A stretch of 32,425 nt of DNA from Promethearchaeota archaeon (lineage in GTDB: Archaea; Asgardarchaeota; Lokiarchaeia; Sigyniarchaeales; SOKP01), in the NCBI GenBank assembly GCA_004524535.1, contig SDNY01000033.1:1-32425 (forward strand), read 5' to 3'. How positions within the stretch are numbered: position 1 is the first letter of the stretch; each line of letters starts with the position of its first letter. Shown here piece by piece: positions 18,237 to 25,970 of this stretch. The notes under the pieces are model-generated. The model did no database searches. It was not told the DNA's origin and saw only the letters and a list, made by a program, of their open reading frames with translations. The translations under genes and the position numbers were made by a program.

Positions 18237-19371
18237 AACCGACTTCTTCTCTAAAAATTTTAACAGGTGTTTTTTCCGTAATTTCTCTATATTTATTTTG
18301 CCTAAATGGCAGAACTTCAAGAATATAACCATGTAAATTATATTCATCTAAAAATCTTATTATTTCATCCTCTATTGCGATATAATAAGGTAATTTAATT
18401 ATCCTCCCTTCGAGAGAGATTAATTTTTTAGGCACTTTTAGAACATTGATGAGAAATTCATATAATTTATCTAAGAATTGTTGTTTTCCCTCGATTTGAC
18501 CGTATAATAAGAGACCGTCATCATTAATTTCTTCATAGGGTAATCTAATATTTTTAGCTCTTCGAACATATCGATTTTTTAACTGATGATAGTCCTTAGC
18601 TCTTATTGTACAAAAATGAATTTTAATAGAGACTTTATTAGCTAATTTATTGATTAAATCAAGTGCCATTTCTTTACTGTCTTTAACTACAGCCAATGTT
18701 CCTTCTTTTAATTGAAATCCGTGTTCTTTTAATGATTGACTATTCGGAAAACAAAATTCAAACTCGTTCAAATTAATAAATTCTGCACCTATCGTATCTA
18801 GATAAATGATAAATTTTTCAAGATTCTTCACATATTCATTGTTTGGAATAATAGGGACCTCTGCTCCAACTGACATGCCTTTATTGAGTGCTTTTTTAAT
18901 AATTTCCCAATTATTCTTGGAAGGATGAAACCTTATTTCATTTAATCCATATTTGGCGAGTTTATTAGCTATAACTTCATTAAAATTAATACCATTTGTA
19001 TAGAGATGTATATGGAACCTATTACCTTTTATCTCCCTAATATATTTAATGTAATCATAAGTTTTATCAAGATTAGACTTTATTAAGGGCTCTCCTCCAG
19101 TGATACTGATCCCCTTCGCATTAATCTTATCAATTTCTTCTAGTAATTCTTTTTTTGATGTTATTTCTATTTCATCAACAAAAGTTATATCTTTACCTCT
19201 TTTTTCTACAGAAATCGGACAGTACCAAGAGCAGTGGTCTGGTTTTTGACAGATACCATTTAGAAATAAAACGGCTTTAGCTCCTTGCAAGCAATATTTA
19301 CAGCCTTTAGGAATGCCTCTTCTCTTGATATAATAAGTATCTCCTTTTGATATGACTATTTTTGATTTCAT
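18226..19371 (-). CDS. Radical SAM protein (archaeal COG2108-like)
   Basis: PKGCKYCLQGAKAVLF, CQKPDHCSWYCP, ITGGEPL, HIHLYTNG, EIRFHP, FINLNEFE. Confidence 0.87.
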   Translation of the reverse strand: MKSKIVISKGDTYYIKRRGIPKGCKYCLQGAKAVLFLNGICQKPDHCSWYCPISVEKRGKDITFVDEIEITSKKELLEEIDKINAKGISITGGEPLIKSNLDKTYDYIKYIREIKGNRFHIHLYTNGINFNEVIANKLAKYGLNEIRFHPSKNNWEIIKKALNKGMSVGAEVPIIPNNEYVKNLEKFIIYLDTIGAEFINLNEFEFCFPNSQSLKEHGFQLKEGTLAVVKDSKEMALDLINKLANKVSIKIHFCTIRAKDYHQLKNRYVRRAKNIRLPYEEINDDGLLLYGQIEGKQQFLDKLYEFLINVLKVPKKLISLEGRIIKLPYYIAIEDEIIRFLDEYNLHGYILEVLPFRQNKYREITEKTPVKIFREEVGYEN

Positions 19372-20078
19372 TATCTCTTATATAACTTTTTTCTCACAAT
19401 TGATTTTTTATTTGCTAACTTTTTTAAAACATCTTCAGTAGATTCGCCCATTTCGATTGATCTTTTTAGAAATACGCCTGTTCTACCATATTTTTCTCGT
19501 CTTAAAAGGACTTTAATTCTTTCATTTATAATATTAAGACTTATTCCAACTTCCTTCGCCACAGTAGATTCATTCCCTATTATTGATACTTCTTCATGAC
19601 CTTTTATATTAGGTCTAATAAGTACCAATCGTTTATCGATTCCTGGTACTCTAATCTCAGATTTTAATTGACTTAAGTTGATTTTTCCTCCAAAATCATA
19701 AAATTCAACAGTTTTTTTTTCCAACTTGGATAAGGGTACGGTAATACATTCTAATTCACTTAAATAAATGTAAAGTTTTAACGAATCTAGTGGTGTTGCC
19801 ATTAAAATTTCTCTAAAATAGTTTTTAAAGCCATTTTTCCCTAATATAAATTCAATTTGATAGGAAGGAATTTGATCAGTAAATACAATATCAATATCAC
19901 TATCTTGATGTACATTTCCCCGAGCAATGCTTCCATATATATAGGGATTTAAACCTTCCTTAGCGAACATTTCTAATAAATTTATTGCTCTGTCTCTCTT
20001 AGAGTTTAGAATTTGCCAATCTCTCTCAGAATATACAACAGATATCTCGTGGTCTCTTAGGATTTTTTCTTTTGACAT
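19371..20078 (-). CDS. Pol-beta-superfamily nucleotidyltransferase (archaeal COG2413-like)
   Basis: YGSIARGNVHQDSDIDI, EFYDFGG, RVPGIDKRL, RREKYGRTGVFL. Confidence 0.87.
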   Translation of the reverse strand: MSKEKILRDHEISVVYSERDWQILNSKRDRAINLLEMFAKEGLNPYIYGSIARGNVHQDSDIDIVFTDQIPSYQIEFILGKNGFKNYFREILMATPLDSLKLYIYLSELECITVPLSKLEKKTVEFYDFGGKINLSQLKSEIRVPGIDKRLVLIRPNIKGHEEVSIIGNESTVAKEVGISLNIINERIKVLLRREKYGRTGVFLKRSIEMGESTEDVLKKLANKKSIVRKKLYKR

Positions 20079-20081
20079 ATA

Positions 20082-20924
20082 TTAAGGTAAAATTTGGGAT
20101 TTCAATGATATTTTTTCAATTAGATTAACAATTATTCCTAAAAGGATTGTCTCATAATGTTTAAACGATTTTCTTGCTTTTTCTAAGGTAAGAAATCTTA
20201 AATGATTATTATTTTCTAAAGGAACAATCTTTAGAAATCTTTTTAAATTCTTATTTTTCATAATCAAAATCGATTTTTTGCTGAAAATTACGCAAATGGA
20301 TGATTCTAAATTAGTTTGGTTTAATTTATCATAAATACTCGCAATATTGATGTTATTAATTTTCGGATTAATTAAAATCATTCCAAAATTTTTAGTATCA
20401 GATAATATGGAGTTAAAAAAAATTTCAGATTCTAAATAATTTATTAAAATATAATTTGAATTCAATATTGACTTGTTTTGTTTAAAAAGATTTAAAAATG
20501 TAGAGATAATTGATCTAATCTCTTCTTGGATTGAATTTTCTAAACTATTATATTTCTGATATGCCTTAATTTTAAGATTTAAAATAATTACATTAAATCC
20601 ATAACTACTTAAGCCCTCAGTTAAAGTATATAATAATTTCTTCTTTTTGTTTGTTCTAATAATAATAATTATAGGTTTTGATGCTTCAATACCTTTAAAC
20701 GATATATTTCTAATAAAACTCCAATTTCTAACAGTAATATGTTTACTTTTAAGATTAACATCTAATTTATTAGGAGTAAAGATCTCTAATGACTCGTTTG
20801 AAAGAGAGGATCTCCATCTAGATCTTTCTTTAAAGATTTTAACACATATTAAAGCTAATAGTAATATAATAATTATAATTGAGTCTATGAATATCCAGTC
20901 TAGATGAAAAATATCAGTAGTCAT
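20082..20924 (-). CDS. Membrane-anchored protein with degenerate alpha/beta-hydrolase-like pattern
   Basis: N-terminal TM helix; KPIIIII..LTEGLSSYGFNVIILNL..GMILINP pattern; no GxSxG motif. Confidence 0.55.
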   Translation of the reverse strand: MTTDIFHLDWIFIDSIIIIILLLALICVKIFKERSRWRSSLSNESLEIFTPNKLDVNLKSKHITVRNWSFIRNISFKGIEASKPIIIIIRTNKKKKLLYTLTEGLSSYGFNVIILNLKIKAYQKYNSLENSIQEEIRSIISTFLNLFKQNKSILNSNYILINYLESEIFFNSILSDTKNFGMILINPKINNINIASIYDKLNQTNLESSICVIFSKKSILIMKNKNLKRFLKIVPLENNNHLRFLTLEKARKSFKHYETILLGIIVNLIEKISLKSQILP

Positions 20925-20942
20925 TATTGAAAAAAAAAATAT

Positions 20943-21260
20943 TTAATTATTTACTACATCATCAATCCAGTTTAAGTAATTTTTGGAGCCTTTTTCAATC
21001 TTAAAAGCAATTATTTCTGGAGTCTCATAACTATGAATTTCTTGAATCTTTTGAATTAAAGCATCACTTTTTTCTTCTGTCGTCTTTATTAATAAAATAT
21101 ATTCATTATCTTCCTCTATTTTACCTTTCCATTCGTAAATAGATATGACATTTTGAATTATATTTACGCATGCAGCAAGTTTATTTTCAATTAGAATTTT
21201 GGCAATTTTCTTCCCATCTTCTAATTTATTAACGGTTACTATAAATATATAATACATCAT
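20943..21260 (-). CDS. cutA: Divalent-cation tolerance protein CutA
   Basis: LAACVNI, SIYEWKGKIEEDNE, LIKT, HSYETPEI, YLNW. Confidence 0.95.
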   Translation of the reverse strand: MMYYIFIVTVNKLEDGKKIAKILIENKLAACVNIIQNVISIYEWKGKIEEDNEYILLIKTTEEKSDALIQKIQEIHSYETPEIIAFKIEKGSKNYLNWIDDVVNN

Positions 21261-21489
21261 GTTGTCTCAATTTCTTATTTTTCTTTTTTAAAATAATATT
21301 TAACATAATTTCAATTTTTTTCAGCTTTAAATAATATTTAATTCAGATGACAAATTCACTATATAAAATAAAATTTGATTAGTATTATTATTTAAAAAAG
21401 AAATTAATAAATAATAATTTCAATATTAATAATAAAATTGAATTTGAAATAATTTGAAAAAATTTATTTAATTAGGAGGCTGATGAAAA

Positions 21490-22245
21490 ACGCTTCATAA
21501 TGTTTATCTTATCCACCAGTTGACCGGAATCTGTCTTTTACACCGTAAGTATGGAAGTATTGAGTTTAATCAAGACTTAGTTTCCGGATTTTTGACGGCA
21601 TTAAAAGATTTCAGTGTTGAGTTTTCTAAAGGTAGTGGAGAACTCAAAGTTATAGGTTATAGATAAGTTCTATCTATAAGTAAAGATATGCAAATCTTTT
21701 ATTTAATGCTCGTCTTTAAGGAAGGTGTTCTAATAACTGCGGCTGCGGATAAAAACGACGATAGTAAAATAACTCATAGAGCTTTAAGCGATATCATCGA
21801 TAAGTTTGTTGGATTATATGGAGATCAGATTCAAACTTGGTCTGGCGACGTTCGCATCTTTAAAGATTTCGCTGATGTGATAGATAATGTCTTGGACAAG
21901 GGCAAAGTTGCAGAAATTCAATTGAAAATTCCAATTCTTAAAATATATAAAAAGGATTTTCTCAAATCTCAAGCAAAAATAGCGAAAAAAGGATTAATGC
22001 TATCGGAGGACGATTTAAGAAAAGCAGAAGATAAAAAGCCTGAATGGACAGAGAAAAGGCTTCCAAAGCAGGTTATAACTCAAGGATTTTTGGATAAAAA
22101 GCAATATGAAATTGCACATTTAGCAGATGGCTTTCACACTATAGCAGAAATTGCCGAAGAAGCTGGTACACCACAATCAGAAGTACAATCAATTATCGAT
22201 AGTTTAGATAAACTAGGTTTATTAAAATTTATTGAAATAGCTTAG
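21490..22245 (+). CDS. Longin-like domain + C-terminal winged-helix protein; split gene join(21490..21655,21686..22245), 241 aa
   Basis: The frame of listed ORF 21688 continues upstream as (ACG)LHNVYLIHQLTGICLLHRKYGSIEFNQDLVSGFLTALKDFSVEFSKGSGELKVI, a typical longin N-terminus. It is separated from DMQIFYL by 30 nt containing TAA. AGGAGG at 21474-21479. C-terminal DGFHTIAEIAEEAG..LDKLGLL winged helix. Confidence 0.8.
21656..21685 (+). other. Candidate 30-nt bulge-helix-bulge mRNA intron
   Basis: GTTATAGATAAGTTCTATCTATAAGTAAAG. Perfect 9-bp stem (21657-65/21671-79), 3-nt bulge AGG, 4-bp helix UUAU/GUAA, 3-nt bulge AGA. In-frame TAA at 21664-21666; removal restores V-I-D-M. Confidence 0.65.
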
Positions 22246-22345
22246 AAATATGTTAAATAAATTTTTTTAAGAAATTATCCCCTAATCTCTTTTTTTAATA
22301 TACAATTAAATTTTTGAAATTTAATTAATTAATTTAATCTATAAA

Positions 22346-23818
22346 ATGAATGTAAATAAAATTGAAGAAAACATCTACGAAATTACTCCTAAGGCCTTAA
22401 TGGTTCGATTGCAGGGTAAAATTGAAAGATTTCAAATGAACGTACCTGTACGTATTTATGCTAATGAGTATATTTTAGAAAGAATAAAGCAAGATAGGAC
22501 CTTAGATCAGATAAGTAATGTCGCATGCTTACCAGGAATAAGAAAACATGCGATAGCTCTCTCAGATGCCCATCAAGGTTATGGATTTTGTATTGGTGGA
22601 GTTGCTGGGACAGATGCTGAAACAGGTATGATTTCTCCGGGAGGAGTTGGTTACGATATAAATTGCGGAGTAAGACTTATTCGAACGTCATTAGAAGAAA
22701 AAGATGTTAAAAAAATCATGCCTAATTTATTAGACTCAATTTTTAGAAATATACCTTCTGGATTAGGTTCAAAGGGTAAACTAAATATAAGTTATTCCGA
22801 TTTGGATGATGTTTTAAATAATGGACTGAATTGGGCTTTAGATAAAGGATATGCACTCGAAAATGATCTTAAACATTGTGAAGAAAATGGTTTTTTAATG
22901 GATGCCAATGCTGATATAATATCACAGAAAGCAAAACAAAGGGCAATTAAACAACTTGGTTCTTTAGGTAGTGGAAATCATTTTATTGAAATACAACGAG
23001 TTGACGAGATTTACAACGAAAATATCGCAAAAAAACTTGGTATAATTAAAAAAAACCAAATTGCAGTTATGGTTCATACGGGTAGTAGAGCTTTGGGTCA
23101 TCAAGTTTGTACTGATTCTTTGAGAAACATTGAAAAAGCAATGAAAAATTATCAGATCAGAGTTCCTGATAGAGAACTCGCTTGTGTCCCTGCCAACACT
23201 CCTGAAGCTCAAAATTATTTGAGTCAAATGGCATCTGCTGCAAACTTTGGATTTTGTAACAGACAATTGATTACTCATTGGCTAAGAGAATCGTTTCAAA
23301 ATGTATTTAAAGAAGATCTTGACGCTCTAGATTTAAATTTAATTTATGGAGTTTGCCACAATATCTTAAAAATAGAAGAACATGAAGTTAATGGTGAAAA
23401 AATGATGTTGAATATTCATCGCAAAGGGGCGACTAGAGCGTTCCCTCCAGGTCATCCAGAATTACCTCAAGATTACAAAGAGATTGGACAACCTGCATTA
23501 ATACCTGGGACTATGGGTTCGGCTTCATATTTATGCGTTGGAAAACCAAAAGCAATGGAGCTTTCTTTTGGCTCTACAGCTCACGGTTCAGGCAGAGTGA
23601 TGTCTCGATCAAAAGCTAAGAGAAGTTATTGGGGAAACCAAATAAAAGAAGAATTGAGTAAAAAGGGAATCCTTGTAAAAGCAGCTTCAATTCAAGTTAT
23701 TGCCGAAGAGGCTCCAGGTGCTTATAAAGACATAGATCAAGTCGTTAATGTAAGTCATGAACTTGATATAGTTGAAAAAGTCGTTAGGTTTGTCCCAATT
23801 GGTGTAGTAAAGGGATAA
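22346..23818 (+). CDS. rtcB: RNA-splicing ligase RtcB
   Basis: DAHQGYGFCIGG, GYDINCGVR, GSGNHF, HTGSR, CHN, HRKGATRA, IPGTMG, STAHGSGR, EEAPGAYK. Confidence 0.97.
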   Translation: MNVNKIEENIYEITPKALMVRLQGKIERFQMNVPVRIYANEYILERIKQDRTLDQISNVACLPGIRKHAIALSDAHQGYGFCIGGVAGTDAETGMISPGGVGYDINCGVRLIRTSLEEKDVKKIMPNLLDSIFRNIPSGLGSKGKLNISYSDLDDVLNNGLNWALDKGYALENDLKHCEENGFLMDANADIISQKAKQRAIKQLGSLGSGNHFIEIQRVDEIYNENIAKKLGIIKKNQIAVMVHTGSRALGHQVCTDSLRNIEKAMKNYQIRVPDRELACVPANTPEAQNYLSQMASAANFGFCNRQLITHWLRESFQNVFKEDLDALDLNLIYGVCHNILKIEEHEVNGEKMMLNIHRKGATRAFPPGHPELPQDYKEIGQPALIPGTMGSASYLCVGKPKAMELSFGSTAHGSGRVMSRSKAKRSYWGNQIKEELSKKGILVKAASIQVIAEEAPGAYKDIDQVVNVSHELDIVEKVVRFVPIGVVKG

Positions 23819-23823
23819 CACAA

Positions 23824-24255
23824 TTATATGTCAAAAACAATTTTAATTTTTACTCCTTCTGTGCTCTCCTCTATATTAATAAAAGAATATGTAATTGCCT
23901 TAACTTCGGTCCCAACCTCATGCTTATTTTTATCAAACTCTTCGCCTCTTACAATTGCCTCTAATTCGTATTCGTTATTAATTTTATTAATACTTTCAAT
24001 ATTAATTTCGTTAAATACTAATCCTTCCACGTCAAAAATAAAAAGAAATTCTGAAAGAAAATCAAATAATAAAGCTTCTTTATCTTCAGCTTTAATTTTT
24101 AGACTTTTTTCAACTGTATGGGAAATTTTCTCCAAATTAGAAGTAATAACTGTCATTAAACTCAGAGCACATTGAGAAAACGCTTCTTCTAAGGTTCTAC
24201 CCCAGCTTAGGCTTTGAATGTCTGCGGTGTGATCAAGATATCTAAATCCTTTCAA
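23824..24255 (-). CDS. Archease (RtcB activating cofactor)
   Basis: FRYLDHTADI, LEEAF, LLFDFLSE, GTEVKAITY, C-terminal VFDI. Confidence 0.95.
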   Translation of the reverse strand: MKGFRYLDHTADIQSLSWGRTLEEAFSQCALSLMTVITSNLEKISHTVEKSLKIKAEDKEALLFDFLSEFLFIFDVEGLVFNEINIESINKINNEYELEAIVRGEEFDKNKHEVGTEVKAITYSFINIEESTEGVKIKIVFDI

Positions 24256-24345
24256 CTTGATTTATTTAAAAATAGCGTTCCTTTAAACGTTTGCATTTTA
24301 ACAAATTTTCTTAGGAGTTTATAACACTAACATATTAATTTTTGT

Positions 24346-24846
24346 TTGATTAAAGTGATAGACAATATTTTTCTTTCTCAGAAAATTAGGATTAAAAAGA
24401 AATATACTAATAAAGAACTTAAGCTATACCAATATTTTCACAAGAAGACAAAATTTTATCCTGAATATGTAATAATATTAAATCAATTTATCTTTCTTTT
24501 CGTTAATAACGATATTTACTTCGAAGCCAAGGTACACTTAAATTCTATACGAAAGCAATTAGAAAAGAAAGTCGTAATGATAAGAGCAGAGAATACATTA
24601 ATAAAATTACTGTTTAGTTTTTTTCCGGATCCTTATATTCACGATATAAAAATTGAAATTAACGAAGAAAATGGGAAAAAAATTAAGATTATCACAATTT
24701 ATTTTTTATCATTTGAAGAAAGAGGTATTGCCATCGGAAGGCAGGGAGCATATATTAAGGCTGTCAATGAAATTTTTGAAAAATATATAATCTACGAGAA
24801 AAAAGATCTACCTATAACACTAAAATGTAAATTATTAAATTTATAA
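24346..24846 (+). CDS. Archaeal NusA-like KH-domain protein
   Basis: KKVVMIRAENTLIKLLFSFFP and ERGIAIGRQGAYIK (KH GxxG loop). Confidence 0.7.
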   Translation: MIKVIDNIFLSQKIRIKKKYTNKELKLYQYFHKKTKFYPEYVIILNQFIFLFVNNDIYFEAKVHLNSIRKQLEKKVVMIRAENTLIKLLFSFFPDPYIHDIKIEINEENGKKIKIITIYFLSFEERGIAIGRQGAYIKAVNEIFEKYIIYEKKDLPITLKCKLLNL

Positions 24847-24853
24847 AAAATCT

Positions 24854-25624
24854 TTACCAAGGTACGTCCTTTAAACCGCCTATATATGCCACAGTATTAG
24901 CAATAATGCTTACAGAAGGTGTTAATATCAAAAGAAGGATTATCATATAGATGTCTGGAACCCAAAATAGATTTGGAAAAATAAATGCGGGGATAGATAC
25001 AAATAGAATAGCAAATACAGCAAAATCAAGTTGGTCTATTACCCAAAATGGCGCTCCACTTTCAACATCGAACCTTCTTTTCAAGAATGAACCTACAAGG
25101 TCCCCTAAAGCAGCACCATAAGAGCATAGGACAATTCTAATTATTATGGATAGAAATCCAAAAGGAAAAGAACCACCGATAAAATAGTACTGATAATAAA
25201 CAATATCGTTATAAATTTTATAATGGTTATTTTTAATACCTGTCATCGGAACATTTACAATATTAGGCCATAAAACAAGAAGAAGGCAAAACAGACCAAT
25301 TGAAATAGGAATTCCAATATATAATGGCCCTTTAATTAAACCTGACCATGTTTTATTATCACCAAGGATTCTTCTACCATCTCGAAAAGTTCGACCTCCG
25401 TCAATTGGTTTACCTCCTCCTACTATAACCATTGCAGCATTTGAAATATAACCGGGAACGATGAATAAAAGGCTAAATACAAAAACAGCAACCCAATCCC
25501 GCCATGAAAAAAAAATCGAAATTAAAAGAAAGTCAATTAAAATTAAACAAGCAAAAAATATTGCTAATCTCAACGCAATCTTAGTGTGCTTTTTCTCAGC
25601 TTCCGTTAATTCCCTTTTTGGCAA
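24854..25624 (-). CDS. carS: CDP-2,3-bis-O-geranylgeranyl-sn-glycerol (CDP-archaeol) synthase
   Basis: PGYISNA, GGGKPIDGGRTFRDGRRILGDNKTWSG, GDLVGSFLKRR, DQLDF, GLKDVPW; multiple TM segments. Confidence 0.93.
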   Translation of the reverse strand: MPKRELTEAEKKHTKIALRLAIFFACLILIDFLLISIFFSWRDWVAVFVFSLLFIVPGYISNAAMVIVGGGKPIDGGRTFRDGRRILGDNKTWSGLIKGPLYIGIPISIGLFCLLLVLWPNIVNVPMTGIKNNHYKIYNDIVYYQYYFIGGSFPFGFLSIIIRIVLCSYGAALGDLVGSFLKRRFDVESGAPFWVIDQLDFAVFAILFVSIPAFIFPNLFWVPDIYMIILLLILTPSVSIIANTVAYIGGLKDVPW

Positions 25625-25896
25625 CTCTTAAAGAACCCAAATTAAATGATATTTTTTATAAGAATTAGGTAATTAAATAATAATTTGTTTAATAAGATTA
25701 TTGATACCTTTAGGCTTAATATTTGAAAATTTTCAGTAAAATTTTGTAATAAGAATTTAATAATATTTCTCAATAAATAATTATCTTTTAAAGAGACGAC
25801 AATAATATTATCAATTACTGATAAGGTGTTTTAAAACATATTAAAATATTATTAAACTCCAATTAATTTGGCTGTTAATAATAGATTTAAATAGTT

Positions 25897-25937
25897 AAAG
25901 AGAATAATTATATTTGTGCAGTCGAAAGAGAATAATT
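25897..25937 (+). repeat. 13-bp direct repeat AAAGAGAATAATT upstream of cdc6
   Basis: Copies at 25897-25909 and 25925-25937. Confidence 0.6.
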
Positions 25938-25948
25938 TCGAGTGGAAA
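25936..25948 (+). promoter_or_regulatory. Mini-ORB-like Orc1/Cdc6 binding site
   Basis: TTTCGAGTGGAAA resembles the ORB core TTCCAGTGGAAA, ends 22 nt before the cdc6 start and follows about 300 bp of very AT-rich spacer. Confidence 0.55.
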
Positions 25949-25970
25949 AAAATACGCTTGGTGTCTTTAA

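Noticed and set aside
18237-18347. N-terminal extension of the GNAT ORF in the track
   Set aside because: It overlaps the radical SAM gene by over 100 nt; the GNAT fold begins at MKIKK (18236).
21481-21486. Tandem in-frame TGA TGA as selenocysteine codons extending the longin gene
   Set aside because: They lie between the SD and the expected domain start, and the upstream sequence is AT-rich spacer without coding character.
21656-21685. Spliceosomal intron or stop-codon readthrough as the explanation of the insertion
   Set aside because: No spliceosome is known in archaea and there is no branch or pyrimidine tract. The stop is TAA, not a Sec (TGA) or Pyl (TAG) codon. BHB geometry explains the boundaries better.
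21688-22245. Listed 185-aa ORF treated as a complete gene
   Set aside because: It starts mid-domain with no SD; the longin N-terminus and a strong SD lie upstream in the same frame.
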